In this document: positions 9,724-21,700 of the stretch, one piece after another
Numbering within the stretch: the first letter of the stretch is position 1
Layout: every line of letters begins with the position of its first letter
Assembly: GCA_963796955.1 (NCBI GenBank)
Contig: CAWCNJ010000007.1
Coordinates: forward strand, 32,001 to 96,000
From: Endomicrobiales bacterium
GTDB lineage: Bacteria; Elusimicrobiota; Endomicrobiia; Endomicrobiales; JALOBY01
Direction: 5' to 3'
DNA: 64,000 bases
Program-made: the position numbers and the translations under genes
The notes under the pieces: generated by a model
Database searches by the model: none
Told to the model about the DNA's origin: nothing
Seen by the model: only the letters and a program-made list of their open reading frames with translations

Positions 9724-12700
9724 GTGGTGCATGCCGCAAGCTCGGATTCCACGACCGTTGTGACGTACATTACAAATAAACTCGCGGAATTTTTAACGGA
9801 CACTCCCGCCCAACAGGCCGCCTTCCTCGCCTCGTTAGGCCTGGATATGACGACGCTGATGAGCCTTGGCCTGTCCCTGGACCAGATAGCGGCGTACATC
9901 GCAACAAACAGCCAGTCGATCATCGCATACCTTACCTCTCAGGGATCACAGATATTCAACTGTGCCGTTGATTCGCTTGGCAATCTTATCGGCGCCGGCA
10001 CCGATAAAAATGGCCTTGCCGAGAATATTATCCTGGTAGACATCATGACAGGCTCTCTGAGCGTTCAGGCAAGCCAGGGCCTCAACGACCCGATACAATT
10101 CAGCGCGCTTGCTATCCAACAGACGGCTGCACTCTACGGGATAAAACTAACAGGATTCAGCACCGATATAACCGGCCTTACTCAGGCAGCGGCAGGCGGC
10201 AAGCCTGTCGTCGTGCAGGTTACCAACAGCAGCGGCCAGGGCCACTTCGTGGTAGTTACCAGTATCACTAATGGTATCGTCACCTACAAAGATAATGACG
10301 GCACCGTTAAAACGATGAAGGTCGCTGATTTCCAAAACGTATGGTCCGGCGTTATCCTGTCTCAGGACCAGATAGCGGGCGACAACGTCTCTAGACTTTC
10401 CTTACTGCAAACTCAGCAGATCATGGGGGCTTCCGGCAACCCGATAACGTATGTTGTGCGTGGTCTGAATGCCGCCGGATCCTACGTAGTGCACACGGTA
10501 ACACATGCGATTGCGCATCCTCTTGATACGATAAAAACAGTTCAAGCAGATATATCTAAAGTTCAGGACGATATCGTTGCCGTAGCCAAGAAAACCTGGG
10601 ATATTGCAGGAAAAGTCTGGACTGGAATTACCAGCAAATCCACCTACCAGGCCATTGGCACGTGGATCAAACATGCAGCGGATACAATACACCATGGCAC
10701 CGTAGAAACTTTCAAGGCCACCTGGAAGCTGACGAAAGCGATCGGCAACTTTTTTGCCGCCTTTGGCGATCTGTTCACAGGTGACTGGAGCGGATTCAAG
10801 AGCAGAATGGGCGGTGCCTGGACCAACCTCACTCAAAGCGTCGGCCAGGTGCTCAGCGGCGCGGCGGAAATTGTTGTGGGCTCCATCGCCATTACCTCCA
10901 TAGTAGCGCCACTTGCCGTTGGCATTGCCAGGGCATGTGGTTCCAACTGGATGAACAATAACTGGAACGGGATAGTAAAATACGGTAAAGGTGTTGTAAT
11001 AGTCGTGGCAGCGATCATAATCATATACTTTACCGGCGGGGCGGGAGCAACGGTTTTTGGGTCTACCATGCTGGCATCAGCGTGCGCAGCCACCGCGGTC
11101 GCTGTGGCTGTTTCAGTGTCAGCCCAGATGGCTTTCAACCATGGCAATATCAACTATAACCAACTGGGCAAGACCGCTGTAATAGCGTTTGCTTCATCAA
11201 TAGCCATGGCCGGTGCAGGCACGTTAGGACAGGCATCTACTTTCTGGGGGCAGGTTGCCGTTAGTGCGGCCCGAGGGGCGGTGATAGCAGGTGTCACTAA
11301 CATTGGTAGTCAACTTATCACTACCGGCCATATTAACTGGACTAAGGTTGCACTTGCCGTAGGCATAGGCGCAGCCCAGGGCGCGGCCAACGGCGCGATG
11401 AATTATGAGGTAAGAATAAGCCCTAGTTTGCAAGCCAGCAGCTGGTACACGGCTGCCTGGGAAGGCGCAGTCCGCGGCGCGGTAAACTCATTCATAAGTG
11501 ATATGATCACTGAAGGCATATATGACAGGAAATTGCACGGTTATAGAATTTTACGGGATATGGGCGAGGGCGGGGTTAAGGGCGGTGTGGAAGGCTCCTT
11601 GCAGGGTGCCGACGACGGTAAAGGCGGCAGGACCGGAGGTTTGTTCAGCAAACTTAACCAGTCATCGGATGTGGCGGGGAAGATATTCGCGGGAACTTTT
11701 TCAGGGTTTGCCACCGGCACCGCCGATTATTTCGCCAAATGTCTGATCGAGTGGCAGGCGCCTGACGCGAATGGTATTAAAGGCGCGATGATGGGAGGGA
11801 TGTTTAACGGCCTTATCTCAACTGCGCTTGCAACCAGGACGTATGTGCCTGGGGGGGCACCTCAACCGGGCAGCGCGTATGGCATTGACGGGTGGCTTAA
11901 CGGCGATAACACTTTGGGATTCGTCGTAGGTACCGTGCTGAACACCGCGGGAAGCTTTCTTGCCTCTTACATCAGCGGCGCAGCAGTGTTTTATTCTACG
12001 GCTGGCGCCAGGGGCAGTTACAATGACTACCTGAGAGGCACTGATGATGGCGCCACCGGTAACCGCTTTGAAGTAATGATGGCCGGCTCGGTGGAGCAGG
12101 CGCTTACCTCGTCCATTGCTGAATCATTTGCCAGATTCGACGAAGCGCATGTGAAATATTTTGAAGGCAAGTCTCTTGCGGATCACGTAAACAATCTGGT
12201 CGGTGATGAAACGTATAAGGATCCTAAAACCGGCACTATTTACCATTCCGACGCGTACATCGATTTTGATGCGAGATCCGGCAGCTTCTTTATCATAGCG
12301 GGGCACGTGGATTACAAAACACCGTCTGGATCTGTGGTGACTGCGACATATGAGGACGGCGGCATTGTCAAAGCCGGCGATGATACATTTAATGATTATA
12401 CAGCGCTCGGTAACAGGTACTGCGGCTTTGCGCTCGTGCCAACCACCAGCGATGACCAGCGTGTTATACTATTAAGCGGTCCTATTGACGCCCCGACCTT
12501 TGTAAACGGCTATGATACGCCGACCTACCGGCTTGGCCTGTCAGCCAACGGGAAACTATCCGACTTATTAACCTTCAACGGATCAAATGGCTGGAGCGTT
12601 GACCTGCAGGTAAACGAGCGCTCGGCACAATCGCCGATCCCGGGAAAGATATTTGTTACCAGGGCCGAGGATGGAAGTTTTAATGTTTTCTCTCTCGATC

Positions 12701-15700
12701 CGGAAACCGGCAATCCTGTTGACGCGGGCACTATTTCCGAAGATCAGCTCAAAGAATCGCACGGCCGCGTTAAGCTTGCCGGCCGTTTGGACGGAACCGC
12801 CGCTGAGGCAGTAACGACCGATCTTCTGGGCCATACTATTACTCGTCAGGATAAATTTGACGCCGGTGATATTATAATACATATCACACCTGATGCTGCC
12901 GGCGGGGGGTTCGTCGCTTCATTTAAAGGAGAAGTTGAGAATGCGAAGATAAAAGGTGACTATGTGCATGTTACCTACGGTGGGGGCAAGTTCTATGCGT
13001 TAGACGGCGATGCGGCGGAAGTCGGTATAGCGAATGCGGATAACAACCTTGACTTAAAAGGCCAGGGAGACGGTGCGATCGCGCGCGTCAGAGGGGCAAG
13101 GAGGCCTGTTACTACTACGGATGAGGGGACCGACGATCTAGCAGCCGCCCTTGACGAGATACTGCCGGGCGACGGGCCTGCAACAGACGGAAACACCGGC
13201 GAAAGCGGCGGTCACATACGTGCGACCATTCGCAAATCGGCTACACCTTCTGCGCCGGCGCCCGACGCCGGCACTCCGGACGGCCAGCCTCAACCGGCGC
13301 CTGAAGCGACTCCTTCAGCCCCGGTGCCGCCTGTTGTTAGGACGGATGGTGTGCTTGCCCTGGCCAACACCCAGGGAAGTACGGGCATAGATCCTGTTTC
13401 AGATCTGCTCGATCAACTATTTCCAACACCGGTGACCGAAGGCGGGCCGGTTAACGACCAGCCGCCAGTAACTAAGAATGACGCGAATGCTCCTTTTGAG
13501 CCGTTGCCTGGAGAGAACACTGGCGACGGCAGTGGCGCCCCGACTATTGTTCCCCATGCTCTCAGACAGGTTACTCCTGCACGATCTGCCACTGCAGATG
13601 AAGACCAGCCGCCGGTTCCCCCGGCAGAAACAAATCCAGGTGCAGTGCCTCCGGCAGTAGAAAATGGAGGTGTGCTTGCGCTGGGCAGCCCGACAAGTAA
13701 TCTGGATGCAGCTAATATTGTAGATCAACTTCTCACCCTTGCGCCTGCGGCAGATACGTTGCCGGATCAGCCGCCCGCAGCAAAGGATGATACGCCGCCG
13801 TCAGCCGAAACCCTGCCGGGGGACAAACCCGGTAACGGTGATAGCGGACCGTTAACCCCTCATGTTTTAAGACAGGCTCCTCCCGCGCCCACAGCCACTA
13901 CCGGGGAGCCTCCGCAACCGATCGTGCCGGATCAGCCTTTTGTTGACGGTCCCATACCGGATTCGGTGAAAACCGACGGTGTTATGGCCTTTGGCAACCC
14001 GGGCGGCAACGGCGATCTGCTTTCTTACGTAGAGGATCAAGTTGTAACCACCCCGCCGGTTTCCGGCGGCCCTGCCCCTGTGGCTGATACTGCCGAAGAC
14101 CAGCCTCCCAAAGATAAGGATGTTGTGCCTCCTTCCGCGGGACCGTTGCCGGGAGACAATGCCGGCGCTGGTGAGAGCGGCCCGATAACCGCTCATGCCT
14201 TTAAACAGACTACTCCCATGCGGACTCCAGATGCCGGGGAACCCCCGCAGCTGGTTTTGCCTGACGAAACACTTTTCGGTCCTGACGTTCCTGATACGGT
14301 TAAAACCGACGGCGTGTTGGGCGTTGGCAACCCGGGCGGCAACGGCGGCCTCATTTCATATGTAGAAGATGCGGTTGTTACCCCGCCAGTTTCCGCCGGC
14401 CCGGCGCCCGTGAGTGATGCTCCGGAAGAGCCGCCAACACCGCCTGAAGCAGCACCCCGTGCCCCTGAACAGTTGGCTATGGGACCCGCAGGCGTGCTTC
14501 CGCCGGTAGGAACTCAGCCGAGCGGACTTAACACCGCACCACCACCCATAGCCGGCTCAGGCTCCGATGAAGAGCTCATGAACGCCGCCGTGGATGATCA
14601 TTCCGATACGTTCACGGATGAAACACTTACCCACGCGGATGTACGGTTGAAAGTAACCAGGGGAAGTGACGGCACAATATCCGTCAGTTATGTCGGCCTG
14701 GTAAACGCATCTATTGACGGCGTGCCTCAAACCATCTATTACGGTCCGACCGGCATGGCTTATGCATTTGATAATCCTACGCTCGCGGGCGCGGCTGCCA
14801 ACGGCGGACGGTTGGTACTAAAAAATCAGGCCCCGGGTATGGGTGTGCATCATGTCGGGCCTCTTGATGATAATGGCAATGCCGATACCAGCGACGACAC
14901 TCTTACCGGCGGCGATCTGGTGCTGCGGGTATCAGCTAATAACGACGGCACCTTCGGTGTAAGATTTGGCGGTGTGGAAAACGCGCGGATCGGCGGATCT
15001 GACCAGACCCTGTGCTTCCGGCCGGATGGCGCAGCCTTCTCCCTTGATAATTCTTTCCTTGAGAAATATCACGGCAGCAGTATTACATTGAACGACCAGG
15101 CTACAGGTTTTGGTGTGCGTACTGCCAATGGCGACAAGACATTAACCGGTGGAGACATGGTGTTGAGGCTATCCGGTTCCGGACCGGACGGTTTTAATGT
15201 AAGATTCGCCGGTTTCGATGGAGCTGAAATTGATGGTGTGGCCTTTAAGACATGTCAAATGACCAACGGCTCTTACTACGCCTTTAACAATACTTCCATG
15301 GCGGATGCCTTCGATAACAATAAGGGCATGCTTGTGCTGAAAGATGACGGAAAAGGTTTTGGAGTTGAAAAGGTTGGCGCTCTGGTAAATGGCAAAGCTG
15401 TGGCCACCAGTGAAACGCTGACCGCCGGCGACTCGGCCTTCAAAGTAACTAAGAACTATGACGGTACTTTCGATGTGCGGTTCGCTACCATACAGAACGC
15501 GAAGATAGGCGATGTGAGCGAAACGCTTGCCTTCGGCAGGCCTGACGGCGTGGTGTACGCCTTAAACGATGACCTGCTGCAGGAAGTAATACCGCACGGT
15601 AAGGACCATGGCAACTTGGTGATAGCGGATCAGGGCAAAGGCTTCGCCGTCCAGTTAGCAGGGCCTGTGGGCGCGGACGGCAGGTCTACGGTCACGTCCG

Positions 15701-18700
15701 GGAAGCTGAGCGGCGGTGATGCGGTGCTCACTATTTCAATTGCCGCAGACGGCGTATACGGCGTAAGGTTTACGGATATCATAAATGCCGATGTGAACGG
15801 CGTCGATCAGAAGATCTACTTTGGTCCGGATGGCACGGCCTACGGCCTGGACCGTTCCGTGGTCGCGGCCGCCGAACAAAAACACGACGGGATACTGATA
15901 CTTGCCGGCCAGGCGAATGGTTTGTCGGTCAAGAACGTAGGGCCTGCTAACGGTAAGGGAGAGGCCGGTGTTACCGACGAGAAACTCACCGGCGGCGACC
16001 TGGTACTGTATGTCGGCGATAAGTCGTTCGACACATGCGATGTAAGGCTCGCCGGCGTTCAGAACGGCGATCTGGACGGTGAGCATGTAAATATCATGTT
16101 CAAACCCGACGGCACCGCGTACGCCTTCGATACCGCCGCTATCCTCGCATCCAAACAACACGACGGCATTCTTATGCTCGCCGGCGAGGCGGCCGGCTTC
16201 AAAGTGCGCGAGGTCGGCGCGGTCGTCGACGGCCATGCCTCTTTCAGCACCGACTTGCTTACCAGCGGCGACCTGGGTGTAAAGGTCTCCTTTGATCCCA
16301 AAGGCGGCGAACCCGAAGTCAGGCTTGCCGGCATTATAACCAACGCCGAGATAGCCACCAAAATACAAACCGATATAAAACAGACGATCATCTTCGCCAA
16401 CGACGGCACGGCTTATGCCTTTACCGACGCGGCACTTGCGGAAGCGAAGGCAAATCGTGATTCTGCTGCATTCAACAATTTGCCGGCGGTGGTCATGCTT
16501 CGGCAGATGGGCATTCTTGGTGACAATACTAACGCGCATTTCGGAATAACTATCGACGGTGGAGCATCAGATTATGCGGTTCAAATAGTAGGAAAGAGCG
16601 GCATGACGAAGTCGTCGCTGCTGGGCGGCGACATGGTGCTGGAAATAGCGGAGAAGAACGATTCGTACGCAGCACAGGTTTCGGGAATAAATAACGCGCT
16701 TACGCAAGATCATACCTCGGTAAAGGTCTTCCTGTTCGGGAATAATGCGTATGCGCTCCTCCCCGAGCTGGATTTACCGGACGCAAAAAACGTCATGGTA
16801 GATTCACAGGGTAATCTGGTGGTCATGAGCCAGGATCAGGCTGGCAAAGCGTCCGCGGTATTAATAGACCATGAAGGCAACCAGACCGCTATTAAAGATG
16901 TGTACGCAGATAACGCCTGGATCACGACGGGATTGAAAGCCGCGGGAATAGGTGAAGACGTAAACGGTCTTATGTTGATATACAAAGCCGTCAGAGGAAA
17001 AGATGGGGCTCCTGATAAATGGGTGTCTATGTTCGTGCATCCCGTCGGCGACGGATATTTTGCGGAGCTGCAAAAATACACCTGCAACGACGGTTCGGTG
17101 ATATTTGAGTCTCAGGGTAAATCACGGTCGTTATATAAAGTAAATACGTCCGCCGATGGAACACAATCACTGGGCTTTATTCTCTCCGGATCGTATTCGT
17201 CAACCAGTGAAGGGGACACGGTCAGAAAGCAATTTGATGTTAATGCAAAAGACGGCAGCGTAACTTCCGATCTGTATGTTCAACGCGGCGCTGCCGGTTT
17301 ATCCGATGATGTCTTCAAAGATAAATACGGCACTATTCTAAACGAGGTTAAGATCAAGGGTATACTAAAATCAGATAGCGAAGGTTTCATCGCTAAAACA
17401 GTAAGCGGTTATGGCCTAGAGTTCAAAGGCGATGATGTTGTCGGCGCGTTTACGGGTGACTTGGATGTTAAAAACGGGAAGAGTAAGATCCATTACAGCT
17501 TCGGCTCGGATGGTATGTATCTTGGGTCAGTAGTTACCACAACCAGGGCGATCCCCGGCACGGCCGCGTATTATGTCACAACAGTCACGTACGACTATGA
17601 TGATAAAAAATCAGCTCCTGTTTCTGTGTTGAAGGGCAATATGGGTATCACGGGCATCTATACTGATCCGACCGGCAAACAGTATATTTCAGGCACCCTT
17701 GTTATAGATAAAGAGACCGGTCGTATAGACGTCGCCAACGGTGTTGGCCGTAGAACGGAACAAGGTATCCTCGTTGAATTTACCACCGACAAAAACGGCA
17801 GGGAGCGGGTTGTGCGGACATACGGGCCTACCGGGATAGATACTGATGTCAGAGCACAAAATTCTTATACGACTTACGCAAATGGACGGTCTTATGACCA
17901 TACACAAAACGCTTCAGGTTTCGGCAACTTTACCACCCCTGACGGCTCAGTATATACCAGCGGCAATGTCATAGTGGTGAACGGCGAATTGCGCGTAGGT
18001 GATGGCGATTGTACGTCATTCATGGGCAAGGGTAGTTTAGCCCTGACCGGCAAGAGCGATAGCCAGGGTAACGCGAGCTATTCGTGGATATCAGGTACCT
18101 ATCACGGCAAAGCATTAAATACCGAGCTGGTGCCGCTCAGCGGCGGTGGATATCAGATATTTGACGCTACTATTTTCAATGGCGACTGGTTCTCAAGCGT
18201 AGACGGAATGACTGATATAGATTTCACCATGGTTGGTTTGAAACAAGTAACCGTCGGTACGAAGGAAAATGCAAAACAAGTATGGATGTTTGAAGTCGGC
18301 ATCATCGGCAAACAAGATCAGGATTTCAATGGTGTGAACATGCCGCGCCAGGGCGTAGCGGGCGGTAATACTATCGCTCCTGTACCCAGCGGGGAGGAAT
18401 CGGAATTTGGATTGCAGCGTGAATTGTTGGTGACCACGGGTGATTATAACCGCTTTACAAAGAGTGCAACGATCAATATTACCGCAACGAGCGGCAATGT
18501 CGCCTTTAAAGCCGATATCCCTGTAGATTCTGCTCAAGATGGGCATATAAAATCCCTTACCTTCAGCGGTTTTGAAGAGGGGACGCGCGTCAGGATGGGC
18601 AAGGGCGGGCTGCAGTACGAAACGCAATACGCCGGTCAGGGCTTGCTTGCCTCCGGCTATCGCGATATTACCGAGGGAACGTACATAGATATACATATCC

Positions 18701-21700
18701 CCGGCAGCCTTGACGCGAATATGGCGTATACCATCGGCACGGTGAACGATCATTTCACCCTTACCGCTATGTCTAATCCCAATGGCACCGGTAAATCCCT
18801 TGGCGATATCACGGTGCTTGACAGAACGTTTGTTGACGGCAAGATTACCAGCTACGTATCAAGCAGCAGCAGCGATGATGTGTTCTATGGCGAGTATACA
18901 GTAGGCACTGTCCGTGTAGATCTTAAGAGCGCTGGGTTTGCTTCCACCAATATTTCTCCTTTCACTGCCGCCGGCGGTCATCTGCTGGGCGCTGTCGCTA
19001 ACGGAGTTGGCGCTGTTTGGAATGGCCTCCTCGCCGCCTGGTACACATATAAGAGCGATTCTGTATCTGCAAAACAGGCAGAGGAAATGTCCTCTCTCAT
19101 GGGAGCTGCTGCAATTGGTGATGCGGTCGGCTTTATCAACTCCTTGGGTAAGATCGGGGAATCCATAGGTGACTCGGCAGCAATACTTGCACAAGCGTTT
19201 AATTCTTGGACCAGCAATTGGAGCAATTGGTATGAGGGTGACAATGCTGCCGAGGTTAAGGCATATCATATGTCGCAGCTTAGGAACGACGGTATTATAA
19301 GCACGGTGGTCGGCCTTTCAATTGGCCTTAAAGACGCGGCGAAGGGATTTAGCTACGCATTGGTAGGCGGTATCGCGAGCAAGTTTGGCAGCGGGTGGGG
19401 CGTCGAAACTCTTGCAGAAGGGCAGTTGCTTTTCAGAGAAAGTTCTGTTGTTGAAGGTGCTATTAAAGGCGCTACCGTTGGGTGGGGTGTGGTAACCAAT
19501 GTCTCAAGCCGGGTCTGGGGTGGGGTCCTGTTCTTGGGTGGTATGCTCAATATGGCGTATGCGGAATACGATAATTTTAAACGGGCGTTGAAAGTTTCGA
19601 TATACAATGCGCTCATGAACGGTACGTTTGCGTTTAACATGGACGTTGATCTGAATGATGAAAATGCGCAGGCTGGGCATGATTGGATCACCGAAGGCAC
19701 TAATAGAATCTATGGCGAGAAAAATCTGTCTGACGATTCATTCGCCTTACGTTCGTCCGCGCGGTTGTGGGTTAGCACGGCATTTGTTGCTGTGTTAGTA
19801 ACCGGTGCCATCATGGCTATTGAAGCCGTTGCGACAGCGGCTACATCCGCAGTAACATCGACTGGTTCAATGATAAAGGCCGGATCATCTTTGTTAAATG
19901 CCGGACGGATAGTATTGTCCGATGCGCTAACCGGCGCTTATACTAATGCGATCGTTGATACCGGTCTTAGAATAGTTAAGGGTGAAGATGTGACCGTTGG
20001 AACGATAGTGAGCGCTTTTGTCAGCGGTGCGATCCTGGCCGGTGGTATGTCGTTGGGAGGCAGACTTGCCGGTTTTGTTGCGAACAACGTTAAATTTGGT
20101 GTGCAGGCCGCTACCCAAACACTTGCCGAAGGGGCTGCCGTTTATGCAAAGAGTGGGGGATTGTTTGCAAGCATTGGTGAACAAAGCTTGGTAAAAGCTG
20201 GTTCGATTACAGAAATAGGAGCCATACTTACTGCCAGAGTATTTAATAGTTTGAGTATATGGGTCGCCGGAGCTATAGGCAAACTAGGTGCTCTTGCCGC
20301 GAAGGGTGAAAAATTTGTTACCGCTGAGGCGATCTGGGGCATGGCTAAATCCGCGCCGTTGTTCACCTCGATCGAAATCGTTGCAGGTATTGGATATAGG
20401 ACATTGTTCAAGGGCATGTCATATGACTCAGCGCTTGCTGACCTGGGCGGCTATAATGGTATTGCCACCAAGTTCCTTACCCAGCCGCTTGAGTTTGCTG
20501 CCATGGGCATCACTCTCGGATTTATGATGCAGGTGTTCCAGGCTTCTAACCTAGTAACCAGAGCATTCTTTGGTAACCGTACTTTTGGCCCCGCGCTTGA
20601 ACTGTTCTCCACACGGCACACGTTTGGAAATTTATTCGATTCTATATCGGTATTGTTTGGCACAAAAACAGCCGCGGAAATAAGTGAAATGATGTTGCAG
20701 AACCTTGCGAAAGAAGGAGGCGCTGGTATTGCATTTATCGGTCATGCCGAAAGCGCGGCATTTACAGCCGCATCATTGTGGCTTGGCGAACAGGCCGGCT
20801 ACATTGTCGGCAGACAATTGGGTCTGAAAGGTCGGGACCTGGAAAAATTTGCCAGTGATGTGGCCTTCTACAGCCTTATGTTCATTCCTAAATCAACCGC
20901 TGATCCCAGCTATGCAGTACATGAAGTGCTCTCGCGCAGGGTCATAGATGCTGCTGGTAGAAGCGAGGAGGGTATTCAGGGGCTGCAAGTTGCTTTAGCG
21001 CTGGCACCTGACGCTGCTGCAGCACGCGATGTGCTGAGGCGGTATGATCCCACTCTAAATAAAGATTCATTAACTCCAGAATTGGTGGACCATTTACAGA
21101 CAAAACTTTCTGAAACGTCTGCACGTGACATTATTGTGCTTGGTTCTGTTGATGCCGCAGGCGCACAAGCCAAGGCAAACGAAGTGTTGCTTGCTAAAGA
21201 TGGTACGAAGGTTGATGGATATGTGGTGACCGAGGCATTGAAACGGGCAGCCATTGATCTGACCATTGAAGGAGCGCGCGAAAGTGTTTCTGCCGAAATT
21301 GCTGGCATGGGATTGCACACTGGTGATCCGGAAAGAGCGATTGACGAATGCCTTGAACGCCTTGGTTCGATTGTTCAAGACAAATCTAATCCAATTCGCT
21401 CATTGGCCGCAATAGCCATCGGACGTGAATGGTCTGATCTAAAGACGGCCGTCGGCCGCCTTGATATGCTCGCTGGAACAAATCTGGATATGGCTGCAAA
21501 GATCAGGGAGTTATATCAGGAATGGACCACCTCGTTATTAACAGGTGAACCGCTTGAGAATAACGCGGATTTAGCGCAATTAGTATCAGAGGTTTTCAAG
21601 CTTGCCTCGGAGAAAACAAGAATTGCCTTAACAGCAAAAATTGATAAGGCAACCGATCCAAAAGTCGTCAGAGATTTGACACAACAACTTAATAACCTGA

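Noticed and set aside
10500..10850. Phage tape-measure protein / prophage
   Set aside because: Only a short Trp-periodic similarity; no phage genes nearby.
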